DNA of 64,000 nt from positions 96,001-160,000 of the forward strand of contig CAXXWX010000027.1 in the NCBI GenBank assembly GCA_963675745.2. The letters are read 5' to 3'. The translations under genes and the position numbers were made by a program. This document shows, one piece after another, positions 30,893-40,338 of the stretch; the stretch's first letter is position 1; every line of letters starts with the position of its first letter. This DNA comes from Phycisphaerae bacterium. Its GTDB lineage: Bacteria > Planctomycetota > Phycisphaerae > UBA1845 > Fen-1342. Below the pieces are notes generated by a model, which made no database searches, had not been told where the DNA came from, and saw only the letters and a list, made by a program, of their open reading frames with translations.

Positions 30893-32158
30893 TCAATACA
30901 GCGCCATCGGGTTGATTTCGGTGTCGAGATTGTGTCCGGCGGTCCCATTAGTGGCGGACGTGGGCATCACGGGCATTCCCGGAGCGATCGAGCCGCCGTT
31001 ACCACCGGTGCCGCCTGATGCGCCGCCGGCGCCACCGGCGGTACGCAACGTGCTGGTGATGTCGCCGACGATTGTGCCGGCCGCACCGCCGTTGACGTTT
31101 CTGGTGCCCGAGTCGGCGATTGCGGGTGCGATGAAGTGGATGATTCCACCGCTACCGCCGCCGCCGGGTGCGACCGCGCTGCTGCTGTTTCCGCCCTGCC
31201 CTCCATTGGCGATGACGCCGCCGGTGTTTATGACTTGCGTGAACGAGGAGAGCACGATGAATCCGCCGCCACCGCCACCCGCGCCGGGTGCATCGACCGG
31301 GCTCTGCCCATTGGCCTCGATGGTGCCGGCGTTGTTGATGTTGCTCATTGCGATGACGACGAAGGAACCGCCGCCAAGGCCGCCGTTGGCAGTCTCGCCG
31401 GGGCCGCCGCCACCGCCGCCATACAGACCCGGTTCCAGTAGTTGACGTGCCTGAAACGGCTCGAGCCCCTCTCCGCCGGCGCCACCGTCCAGAAGCTGCG
31501 AGGAATCACCACGATCGCCGGCCGTTGCGGGCACCGCGGCGACGCCTGGGTTGGCGGTGATCATCTCCGTGGCGCGTCGTCCACCGGCGGCCGCCGGCAA
31601 CACGACGATTCTGCCGTTGTTGACGAACGTGCTGCTGCAACGAATCACTGCGCCGCTGGGAACCTCCAACGTTGCTCCCGCGTCAACCACGAAGCTGGTG
31701 TACTGAAGATTCGTATCGTCCAGCAGAAGATCGTCGGTGACATGTCGCTCGCCGGCGGAACCATCGCCGAAGATGCGCAGTTGCCCATCAGCACCGGCAG
31801 GCCCCTGCGGGCCCGTCTCACCCTGTGGCCCGGTTTCACCCTGTGGCCCGGTCTCGCCCTGTGGGCCGGTCGCGCCCTGGGCACCGGTGGGGCCGATCGG
31901 GCCCTGCTCACCTGCGACGCCCTGTGGCCCCTGCGGTCCGGTCGCCCCAACCTGACCAGCAGCACCGGGCGCCCCCTGACTGGAGTCGTCCGGCGATGTT
32001 GACGTCCCATCCTGGGCCGGCGTCTCCTGGAATGTCATCGGCCAGACGCAGCCGCCGAGCAGCCAGAGAGCGGCGAGCGATATGCCCAACACACTTACGA
32101 TCCTGATTCGGCGCGCGGCCGATCCACACTGTCCATTGATCGAGTTGCGTAAACGCAT
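30893..32158 (-). CDS. Lipoprotein with collagen-like repeats and glycine-rich C-terminal domain
   Basis: LGGC lipobox; about 22 Gly-X-Y triplets; GGGGGG-rich segments. Confidence 0.8.
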   Translation of the reverse strand: MRLRNSINGQCGSAARRIRIVSVLGISLAALWLLGGCVWPMTFQETPAQDGTSTSPDDSSQGAPGAAGQVGATGPQGPQGVAGEQGPIGPTGAQGATGPQGETGPQGETGPQGETGPQGPAGADGQLRIFGDGSAGERHVTDDLLLDDTNLQYTSFVVDAGATLEVPSGAVIRCSSTFVNNGRIVVLPAAAGGRRATEMITANPGVAAVPATAGDRGDSSQLLDGGAGGEGLEPFQARQLLEPGLYGGGGGGPGETANGGLGGGSFVVIAMSNINNAGTIEANGQSPVDAPGAGGGGGGFIVLSSFTQVINTGGVIANGGQGGNSSSAVAPGGGGSGGIIHFIAPAIADSGTRNVNGGAAGTIVGDITSTLRTAGGAGGASGGTGGNGGSIAPGMPVMPTSATNGTAGHNLDTEINPMALY

Positions 32159-32467
32159 GACGTATCCCTCACGTGCAGCGCCCCGGCCGCTCGGCGCTAA
32201 CCGCCGTGCCTGGGGCGACAGAATTCCGAGCGCCGCGCAGCAGACAACACTCCCGCGTGGCGCGTTGGCGACGGTCCAACCCGTACAATATATTGTGCCA
32301 TAATGACTCGATACGTCAAGGGAATGTGTTGCCCCGGCCAACTGCAAAGTTCGCGGCGGCCCTTCGCGCAGCATGATTGACCGGGCCACACGCGACTGGT
32401 ATGCTGTGGTCTACGGTCAGTTGTGTTTAGCGTCAGAACCTGGGACTTGCTGATAGGAGGGCGTTCG

Positions 32468-32515
32468 ATGATTGCGAACTACTCACAACCAGCAAGGAGA
32501 GTGCGCCCCGGTTAG
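32468..32515 (+). CDS. Putative leader peptide MIANYSQPARRVRPG upstream of rsgA
   Basis: AGGAGG RBS 7 nt before ATG 32468; 15 codons then TAG; embedded in a structured leader. Confidence 0.5.
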   Translation: MIANYSQPARRVRPG

Positions 32516-32740
32516 GTTTTGGCCTATGCTGATCGTCAGTTCGAATTGACAGCGGCCGTTCCGGTTCGGGAGCGGCCGATTTTGTATCCACACCAAAACC
32601 CTCGGCCACCGGCGCAGCTCCGTCGCTTGTGGCGAGGCGCGCCGCACAAAACCCTCGCCTTGAGAAATCAGAACCAGGCGACCCTCGACCGGGTTGCCGA
32701 GTAGTACCGTCGCCGGCTTCCCGCCCCGACGGTACGCATG
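32483..32740 (+). promoter_or_regulatory. Structured 5' leader / putative attenuator of the rsgA operon
   Basis: Several nested hairpins; GGTTTTG (~32515) can pair with either of two CAAAACCCTCG repeats (~32594, ~32647). Confidence 0.55.
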
Positions 32741-32756
32741 CGAGGCAAAGCTCATC

Positions 32757-33821
32757 ATGGATTTAAAGTCTCTTGGCTGGTCATCTTCACTTGCTGCACA
32801 GTTTGCGGATTCGGCGCCCGACGGGTTGGTTCCCGCGCGCGTTGCCCGCGAGCACAAGCACCAGTATGTGGTTCTTGGCGAACACGGCGCGCTTGGCGCC
32901 GCCGTTTCGGGAAAACTCCGTCACACCGCCGCCGGCCGCGACGAATACCCCACCGTCGGTGACTGGGTTGCGATCCAACCGCGTGTCGCCGAACGGCGTG
33001 CTACGATCCACCGTGTGTTACCGCGCAGCAGTGCGTTCTCGCGCAAAGTCGCGGGCGAAAACACCGAGGAGCAGATTATCGCCGCCAATGTTGACCGGGT
33101 CCTGCTCGTGAGCGGGCTGGACGGCGAGTTCAATCTGCGGCGGATCGAACGTTACCTCACAGTGGCGTGGGATAGCGGGGCCGCGCCCGTAATCGTGCTG
33201 AACAAAGCCGACTTGTGCGCGGACATCGACGCGCGCGTTGCCGAGGTTGAAGCGATTGCCGTCGGCACCTCCATCCTGGTTGTCAGCGTGCTGACCGGCG
33301 TCGGGCTCGAAGCGCTGCGCGCGTTGGCAGGCCCCGGCACCACTGTGGCTCTGCTGGGATCGTCGGGCGTCGGTAAGTCATCGCTGGTCAACGCGCTGCT
33401 CGGCGAGGCGCGACTGCGCGTCGGCAGCGTGCGGGAAGACGACAGCCACGGCCGACACACGACCACCTACAAGGAGTTGCTGGTCTTGCCCGGCGGTGGC
33501 GTGGTGATCGACACGCCGGGCATGCGCGAGTTGCAGCTCTGGACGACTGATGAAGCGCTGGGCGGCGCTTTTGCCGACGTCGAGGAACTGGCCACGCGCT
33601 GCCGGTTCCGCGACTGCCGGCACGAATCCGAGCCCGGCTGCGCCGTACACGCGGCCCTGGACACCGGCGGATTGAGCGCGGAGCGGTTTCGCAGCTACCA
33701 GAAGCTGCAAAAGGAGCTCGCCCACCTGCACCGCAAGCAGGACGTCGCGGCGCGGTTGGCCGAGCAATCGAAGTGGAAGCGGATCACGATTGCGGCGCGC
33801 AAGCTGAGTCGGCCGGGTTGA
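32757..33821 (+). CDS. rsgA: Ribosome small subunit-dependent GTPase RsgA
   Basis: VGDWV, NKAD, GSSGVGKSS, GRHTT, DTPG and CRFRDCRHESEPGCAV motifs. Confidence 0.95.
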   Translation: MDLKSLGWSSSLAAQFADSAPDGLVPARVAREHKHQYVVLGEHGALGAAVSGKLRHTAAGRDEYPTVGDWVAIQPRVAERRATIHRVLPRSSAFSRKVAGENTEEQIIAANVDRVLLVSGLDGEFNLRRIERYLTVAWDSGAAPVIVLNKADLCADIDARVAEVEAIAVGTSILVVSVLTGVGLEALRALAGPGTTVALLGSSGVGKSSLVNALLGEARLRVGSVREDDSHGRHTTTYKELLVLPGGGVVIDTPGMRELQLWTTDEALGGAFADVEELATRCRFRDCRHESEPGCAVHAALDTGGLSAERFRSYQKLQKELAHLHRKQDVAARLAEQSKWKRITIAARKLSRPG

Positions 33822-33883
33822 CTGGCGGTACGACTTGACGCTTGCTCATCGATCGCTGATGTTCGCACACACAGGGAGCAGTA

Positions 33884-34801
33884 ATGAAAACCACGATCAG
33901 AGGTGAACGCCGGGGTGATGAAGAGGCCATCGAGTCCGTCGTCTGCCAGGCGTTTGCATCCATAGATGAAGCCAATATCGTGAACTTGATGCGCGCCGGC
34001 TATCCGGCCTTTGACCGGCGCTATTCGATCGTTGCCCGTAAAGGCGACGAAATCGTCGGCCACGCGTTGTTCACGCCTTGCACCATCCGGCTGCACGGGC
34101 ACGCGGTCCGCGCGTTGGCGCTCGGCCCGATCGCAGTCCTGCCGGAGCTACAGGGCAACGGCATCGGCGGCGACATGCTGCGCCACGGTCACGAGCTGGG
34201 CCGACGTGAGGGATTCGCCCTCTCGCTGCTACAGGGTCACCCGTCGTACTATCCGCGTCACGGGTACAAAGCGTGCAGCGGCTTTGCGAAGGTCGCCGTT
34301 GATGTGGAGAAGCTGCCGCAGCCGGCGCGCGAGTTTCGCGTGCTGCCGGTGCGACCGGCCGACTTATCGTGGCTGGTTGAGAGGTGGGAGATTGAGTGGG
34401 CGGATGTTGATTTCGCATGGCTGTGGGGGCCGACGTTAAGTGAATGGCGGCTGACAGGTCTACGCACGAACATGCTCTGGACACACGATGGCCGGCGGGC
34501 GGCGTACGTTGCGTGGATGCCCCGCCAGCCGGGCTCGGCGATGATCCTCTCCGACGAACGCGAGCTGGCCCGCGACGTCATCGCCACGCTCAAGCCGAAA
34601 ACGCTGCTGCACCACGCCGACGGCTGGCTGAATCGCGCGGTGCTCGGCGACGACTGGACGCAGCCGGAAGTCAAGCGACATGACGCCGCAATGGCCTACG
34701 AACTCACGCCCGGCGTGCTCACGCGGTGCCTCGAAGCGCTGGAGTCCGGCCAGCGCTCGTGCGGAACGACGATGTTCCCGCTGACGTTCTGGTTGTGTTG
34801 A
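33884..34801 (+). CDS. GNAT family N-acetyltransferase
   Basis: LALGPIAVLPELQGNGIG acetyl-CoA motif, GHPSYYPRHGY. Confidence 0.85.
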   Translation: MKTTIRGERRGDEEAIESVVCQAFASIDEANIVNLMRAGYPAFDRRYSIVARKGDEIVGHALFTPCTIRLHGHAVRALALGPIAVLPELQGNGIGGDMLRHGHELGRREGFALSLLQGHPSYYPRHGYKACSGFAKVAVDVEKLPQPAREFRVLPVRPADLSWLVERWEIEWADVDFAWLWGPTLSEWRLTGLRTNMLWTHDGRRAAYVAWMPRQPGSAMILSDERELARDVIATLKPKTLLHHADGWLNRAVLGDDWTQPEVKRHDAAMAYELTPGVLTRCLEALESGQRSCGTTMFPLTFWLC

Positions 34802-34845
34802 ACCTGCACCGACGGCTGGGACCATTGCCGTGTGCGTAGGCCGGC

Positions 34846-35664
34846 ATGAGGGAACCAACGATGGATGACAGTGAAGTTGCCGCCCATTGGGATGAAAACG
34901 CCGCCGAGTGGGTGCGCGGCGTGCGCTGCGGCTGGGATATCTACCGCACGTACGTGAACAACCCGGCCTTTTTCGCGCTGTTGCCAGAGCTCGAAGGGCT
35001 GCGCGTGCTGGATATCGGGTGCGGCGAGGGCTTCAACACACGGCTTTTCGCCGAGCGCGGCGCGACCGTGGTGGGCATCGACGTCAGCTCAAAGATGATC
35101 GACGCCGCACGCGCTCTGGAGGATCAGACGTCCCCCGCGATCGAGTATCACCACACGCCGGCCAACGATCTCAGCCGATTCGCCGACGCGTCGTTCGATG
35201 CGGCGCTGAGCACGATGGCTCTGATGGACATGTCGGACTACGCCGGCTGCATCGGCGAGACTGCGCGCGTCTTGAAGCCGGGTGGCCTGTTCCAGTTCTC
35301 GATCCTGCACCCATGCATGATGACCCGCGCCTGGCGGTGGGCGCGGGATGAGCGCGGCGAGCGCGTCGGAGTCGTGGCCGGCGATTACTTCGGACTGCTC
35401 ACACCGCCCGGCGGCGACACGTCGGACGTCGATGAGTGGATCTTCACGGGCGTACCATCGGACATGCGCGCCGCGGCGCGGCCGTTTCGAGTCCCGCGTT
35501 TCTTCCGCACGCTGAGCGCGTACATCAACACGCTCGTGGATGCGGGTTTCACAATCGAGCGCCTGGTCGAACCGCACGCGGATGAAGAGGTGGCGGCCAC
35601 ACAACCAGACGTGGCCGACACGCGGATCATCCCATATTTCCTCATCATCGTCGCCCGCGCGTGA
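34846..35664 (+). CDS. Class I SAM-dependent methyltransferase
   Basis: VLDIGCGEG and RVLKPGG motifs. Confidence 0.88.
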   Translation: MREPTMDDSEVAAHWDENAAEWVRGVRCGWDIYRTYVNNPAFFALLPELEGLRVLDIGCGEGFNTRLFAERGATVVGIDVSSKMIDAARALEDQTSPAIEYHHTPANDLSRFADASFDAALSTMALMDMSDYAGCIGETARVLKPGGLFQFSILHPCMMTRAWRWARDERGERVGVVAGDYFGLLTPPGGDTSDVDEWIFTGVPSDMRAAARPFRVPRFFRTLSAYINTLVDAGFTIERLVEPHADEEVAATQPDVADTRIIPYFLIIVARA

Positions 35665-35690
35665 GACACGCCGGCCGCGGGCGTCGGGAG

Positions 35691-36120
35691 CTACCGATTA
35701 ATCAGGTCGATGAACACGTCAATATCACCATTGTTCACCCAGCCGTCCCCGTTGACATCACCCAGCATGATGTCGCAATGCGGATACGCCTCCGGGTAAT
35801 CCTCCGGGTATGACATGGCGAAGACGAATGCGTCTATGTCGCCATTGTTGACCCAACCGTCGCAGTTCATATCGCCGAGCGCGAAATAGGGAACCTGCCA
35901 AAAGCCCCCGATGAGCTCGAAGTCGCCGCCGGTCAATACTTCGCCGGCGTCAGGCTGGCCGATAGTGCCGGAGAGCTCGAAATCGCCGCCGGTGGTGAAC
36001 GCCGCCCCCCCACTATCGACGGTCCACCAGTCGATGGCGAATCCCTGGGCCAGTGCTCCGGCGGCAGTGCTCAGGGTGAGCGCGGCGCTGATCGCGAACA
36101 GTATCGCTTTGCGTTGCATG
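35691..36120 (-). CDS. Small secreted protein with C-terminal dockerin-like Ca-binding repeats
   Basis: Signal peptide; IDWWTVDSGG..LSGTIGQPDAG; GDMNCDGWVNNGD and GDVNGDGWVNNGD. Confidence 0.8.
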
Positions 36121-36177
36121 ATGTCTGACTCCATTGGTGTGCTCAACACAGTTGTCCGTGGACGCTCGCGAGCGGCG

Positions 36178-38103
36178 TCACCGCTTCAGCGCCCGTCCAT
36201 CCGCACCCACCTGCAATTCCTGGTTCCGCCGGCCGGCGGGTGGCACCTGGCGCTGCGTCGGCACAACGTTCTGTTCTTCTCCGGGCTCGGCTTGCGCGCC
36301 GTCATAAGGATCGCCGAGACCCTCGGTCGGGATGTGCATCGAGTGGTCGGCCGGCGGGTTGGGGCCGTCCGCGGCTGGTCGCGTGAAGATCGCCATCCGT
36401 TGACTTTCGTAGCCTTTGCGCTTGCAGATCACCTTATAGTCAAACGTCGCGTCGGATGTGCCGCCCATCAGCTCGTGCACCGTGAAGCGATCGCCGGACT
36501 TCTTCACGTATACGCCGTTGCAGTTGTCGGTCAGCGTAACCATGACGCGCATGGGGTGCTGCTCGCTGATGGTGACGGTTTGCCGGTAGAGCGGGTCGAG
36601 CACGATCTCGGCCACGCCGTTGCGAAGCTGGCCGGAGCCGACCTCCTCGAACCAGAGCTCGGTCGCCTCGGTGCAGTACATGAGGCGCTGCTGGCCTGAA
36701 TCAAGGGTGACCGCGGCGCTCTTGCTGCCGGTCGCGGTGTAATGACCGTCGATCCAGAAGGCCACGCCGTTACCCGAGGCAAAGCCGCTGTCGATTTCGA
36801 GGACTTCGGCACCGTCTTCGGCAAACATCTCAAAGACCGAGCCGTTCTCGCCCCCGTCGAATTCCTCGCCGCGCAGAACGATGCCGTTGGTGCTGTCGTC
36901 CTGGCGCACGTCGATGCGGCCACCGCCGAAGTCCATCCCGTCGATATAAACACGCGTCGAACTGACGTCGTTGCGGACCTCGATGGCGCCGGCGTTGTCG
37001 GTCTCCTGGGCGTCGATGTGGATGGTGGTGCTGCTGTCGGCGGCGAAGACCTCGATCTCGCCGCCATCATCGGCAGCCCCGTCGCCGTCGAGCTCGATGC
37101 GGTAGCTGGCGCTGACGCCATTGGTGACGCCGATCTGGCCCGCATCTGAATTCTCGCTGTCGATGTCGATCGTGAGTATGCCGTCGTCGTTGAACATCTG
37201 GAGATCACTGCCGGTGGTGGCTTCACCATCGAGCAGGATGGTGCGATTGCCGATGTCATTGAACATCTCGATGGTACCGCCGTCGGATGACTCACCGCCG
37301 GCCATCCTGACGCGGGTGCTGCCATCGTTGTTCTGGACTGCGACCTGTCCTCCCAGGCCACCCGTGCCATAGCTGCGCACTTCGATAGCGCCGGCGGTGA
37401 TTCCGTTGTCGGCATCGTCGCCGTCGCCGTCGATTTCGACGCCCATATATCCTTCGCGTGAGCGGAGGTGCAGGACGCCGGCCCCGTCAGCATTGGACGT
37501 GCCCCAGGCGTAGACCGCCGAGCCGGTGACGGCGTTGATCGTATCGAACCAGACGCCCTGGCTAAACGTGTGGCTGGCCATTATCTCATCGATGTCGCCG
37601 TACATATAAAGCTCGCCGTCCAGTCGCGTATCGCCGTCGGCCACGTGCAGCTTCGTCTGCGGATCGGTCGTGCCAACGCCGACGTTCAGAGTGTCGTCGA
37701 CATAGAGGCCGCGCGTCTGTGTCGCGTACGGGACGGCGGTTAATGGCTGGCGCGGCGCGAGCCATGTGTAGGTTCCGCCGCCGGTGGGCACGCGTACGCC
37801 AACCTGTAGCCAGCGCGCGTCACCATCGAAGACGGACACGTCAAATTCGAGCTCGACCACAAAGAGCCCGTCCACAACATCGACGCCGTACACATCAAGA
37901 ATCGAACTGACCTGGCTGCCGCCGGTGTACGCGTCGAAGAGCACGAAGCGGAAGTCGGCGGTATCGGTGACGCGCGCACCATACTGTTTCAATTGTCCCT
38001 GGTAGGTGAATGCCGTCGAGAGCGGCCCTTGCGCCAGGGCGTATTGGCCCCCAATCATGAGTACTACCAAGCACACGTGCGTCAACACTCGCTGGTTTGC
38101 CAT
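36178..38103 (-). CDS. Secreted fibre-like beta-repeat protein
   Basis: Signal peptide, AFTYQGQL..PRQPLTAVPYA domain, VGVGTTDP, ~24-aa acidic beta repeats, TGSKS...E..E C-terminal domain. Confidence 0.75.
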   Translation of the reverse strand: MANQRVLTHVCLVVLMIGGQYALAQGPLSTAFTYQGQLKQYGARVTDTADFRFVLFDAYTGGSQVSSILDVYGVDVVDGLFVVELEFDVSVFDGDARWLQVGVRVPTGGGTYTWLAPRQPLTAVPYATQTRGLYVDDTLNVGVGTTDPQTKLHVADGDTRLDGELYMYGDIDEIMASHTFSQGVWFDTINAVTGSAVYAWGTSNADGAGVLHLRSREGYMGVEIDGDGDDADNGITAGAIEVRSYGTGGLGGQVAVQNNDGSTRVRMAGGESSDGGTIEMFNDIGNRTILLDGEATTGSDLQMFNDDGILTIDIDSENSDAGQIGVTNGVSASYRIELDGDGAADDGGEIEVFAADSSTTIHIDAQETDNAGAIEVRNDVSSTRVYIDGMDFGGGRIDVRQDDSTNGIVLRGEEFDGGENGSVFEMFAEDGAEVLEIDSGFASGNGVAFWIDGHYTATGSKSAAVTLDSGQQRLMYCTEATELWFEEVGSGQLRNGVAEIVLDPLYRQTVTISEQHPMRVMVTLTDNCNGVYVKKSGDRFTVHELMGGTSDATFDYKVICKRKGYESQRMAIFTRPAADGPNPPADHSMHIPTEGLGDPYDGAQAEPGEEQNVVPTQRQVPPAGRRNQELQVGADGRALKR

Positions 38104-38485
38104 CGTTGTCTCTCCTTGCTCCGCCCCCACTGGCCTTCAATCACGGGCCGCCTCAGACGTATTGGAACAATCGGCTGTCACGCGGCCCGTCACCTGGCGC
38201 GCCGAGCCGGCGCCGAGCGTGTACGCAGCGCCGGTCTGGAAATGTCCGATGCGCATCTTGGTCCCCAAAGATAACGTGATCTGCCCGGCGTGAATTACAG
38301 TATATCACCACCCACCGGCAATGGGGCGGTGTTTTGCAGCGTTGCAGACGGCCAAGGCCTCTTACGCCGCACGCGGTGAATGCAAGGCCAAGGCGTTGTC
38401 GCCGCTGATGGAAGAACCCCGAAGCCTCGAACGCATGGCACGGGCAAGCAGTATGAGCCCGCTGAAATCTGATGGCTGATCGCTC

Positions 38486-38527
38486 AAAAAAAGCGGCCCG
38501 CCGAGCCACTTTGTGGGTCGACGGGCC
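38486..38527 (-). terminator. Rho-independent terminator
   Basis: Minus strand GGCCCGTCGACCCAC-AAA-GTGGCTCGGCGGGCC followed by GC and T7. Confidence 0.85.
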
Positions 38528-38797
38528 TATGTAGTGTCGGCTGCCTGTATTACAGCCACGTCCGCTGCAACACATGCAGCCTACTGTTTATCACCCTTCA
38601 CAGACCACCTCCTTTCGCATCGGGCTACTTCCCGATCGGGTCCCTGGTGGGAGGACTCGTCGGGCTTTTACCCGGCCACCGGCCGTCGCCGGCGGCCACA
38701 ACCCGCAACGCGACTCGCGTCGCACGATAGGAAGCCGCGGGGGATCGGACGACACCAGCCTCTTTTGGAGCCGTCCTTACGCTCCTAAACTTCCTAC
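38486..38797 (-). ncRNA. Candidate free-standing structured small RNA with extended SD and 6-codon mini-ORF
   Basis: Upstream TTGACC-N16-GAGAAT; about 8 hairpins; terminator; no long ORF. Confidence 0.6.
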
Positions 38798-38803
38798 ACT
38801 TTC

Positions 38804-38831
38804 ATTCTCGCCCGAAAAAGCCGCAGGTCAA
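38804..38831 (-). promoter_or_regulatory. Putative sigma-70 promoter
   Basis: TTGACC (38831-38826), 16-nt spacer, GAGAAT (38809-38804); A/T tract just upstream. Confidence 0.55.
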
Positions 38832-39124
38832 GAATTTTTCGGGGATTGTGCGAAACCCGCCCTGAAGTGACGCGTAGAAACCCATAGAGTCCGGGGTCAG
38901 GGGTTGTCTGCGCTTCTTGCGCGCGGCATCGATTATCACCCCGTACTTAACCTGATACCGTAGCCCTCCTGACGATCACACTGGATAGAGCCACGGGCAT
39001 CGCCGCCCCAGCCAGCCCGGGCGCGATGATTACCGAGGGCGCAACTTCACCGGCGACGGGCTCGATCCGCGCCGGTTGCATCGCGTAACTCGCCGGAGTA
39101 CAACGCCGGCTTGAGGAGTGTCGC

Positions 39125-39949
39125 ATGGCGCAAAACGGGCTACAGGATCTGATCGCTCACTACTCGTCGTGCGATGAGCACGCCCGCCTCAATGCCGGAG
39201 TGGGTCGGCTCGAGTTGCTGCGCTCGCAGGAGATCATCACGCGCTATCTCCCAGATCCACCCGCCGTCATTCTCGACGTTGGCGGCGCAGCCGGCGTGTA
39301 TTCGTTCTGGCTCACCGAGCGCGGCTATGAAACACACCTGATCGACCCGGTTGCACTGCACGTCGACCAGGCGCGCAGGGGCGGTCAAGGCGGCCACGAT
39401 ACCAGTCTGGCAAGCGTGTCCATCGGTGACGCGCGCCGGCTGGAGTGGCCTGATGCCGGCGTTGACGCGGTTCTGCTGCTGGGGCCGCTGTACCATTTGA
39501 CCTCACGTGAAGACCGCGTGCTGGCGCTGCGGGAGGCACGCCGTGTTCTGAAACCGGGCGGCGTCTTGTTCGCCGCGACCATTTCGCGGTTTGCATCGCT
39601 GCTGGATGCGCTCAACCGAAACCTGCTCGACGACCCGCTGTTTGCGCCGATCATTGATCGCGACCTGCGCGAAGGTCAGCACCGCAATCCAACCGACGAC
39701 CCGACGTATTTCACCACCGCCTACTTCCATCATCCGAGCGAGATTCGCGCGGAAGTCGAAGATGCCGGCCTTGTGCATGAGACGACGCTGGCCGTCGAGG
39801 GTCCGCTGTGGCTGGCGACCGATTTCGATCGTCACTGGGATGATGCCGAACGTCGCCGGCTGCTGCTTGAATTCCTGGCACGCATCGAAGCAGAGCCGTC
39901 GATCCTCGGCGTTAGCGCGCACCTGCTAACCGTGGCGCGGCGTCGCTAG
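39125..39949 (+). CDS. Class I SAM-dependent methyltransferase
   Basis: ILDVGGAAG, LLLGPLYHL and RVLKPGG motifs; GAGGAG RBS. Confidence 0.88.
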   Translation: MAQNGLQDLIAHYSSCDEHARLNAGVGRLELLRSQEIITRYLPDPPAVILDVGGAAGVYSFWLTERGYETHLIDPVALHVDQARRGGQGGHDTSLASVSIGDARRLEWPDAGVDAVLLLGPLYHLTSREDRVLALREARRVLKPGGVLFAATISRFASLLDALNRNLLDDPLFAPIIDRDLREGQHRNPTDDPTYFTTAYFHHPSEIRAEVEDAGLVHETTLAVEGPLWLATDFDRHWDDAERRRLLLEFLARIEAEPSILGVSAHLLTVARRR

Positions 39950-39975
39950 CACATTTTGAGTTATCATCGGGTGCG

Positions 39976-40338
39976 TCAGTCGCCGCGGTATTCAGCGCGC
40001 GCGGTACAGGTTTCCCGCACGACGATCGCCGCCAGCAAGGGCAGCTTGGGTTTGAGGTGTTGCCACAGCCAGCGGGCTAGCATCTCGGCTGTGGGGTTTT
40101 CCAGGCCTTCGATGTCGTTCAGGTGATAATGATCAAGCCGTTCGATGACGGGGCGGCATTGCGTCTTGATCTCGCCGTAGTCAATCAGATAACCCCGGGC
40201 CTCATCGACCTCGCCCTCGACGATCACCTCGACCGCGAAGCTGTGGCCGTGCAAACGCCGGCACTTGTGACCCTCTGGAAACGTCGGCAGCGAGTGGGCG
40301 GCCTCAAACGTAAACGTCTTCGCCAGTCGAATGTACAT
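39976..40338 (-). CDS. queD: 6-carboxytetrahydropterin synthase
   Basis: FEAAH, KCRRLHGH, LDH, ENPTAE and ET motifs. Confidence 0.93.
   Translation of the reverse strand: MYIRLAKTFTFEAAHSLPTFPEGHKCRRLHGHSFAVEVIVEGEVDEARGYLIDYGEIKTQCRPVIERLDHYHLNDIEGLENPTAEMLARWLWQHLKPKLPLLAAIVVRETCTARAEYRGD

Noticed and set aside
32483..32640. 6S RNA
   Set aside because: A long hairpin is possible, but it overlaps a uORF with a strong RBS, has branched apical stems and no terminator; better explained as a cis leader, though not excluded without Rfam
38486..38797. tmRNA, RNase P, SRP RNA or 16S rRNA fragment
   Set aside because: No tRNA-like ends or ...AA* tag frame, no RNase P or SRP consensus; the 16S similarity is limited to the 13-nt SD/anti-SD stretch
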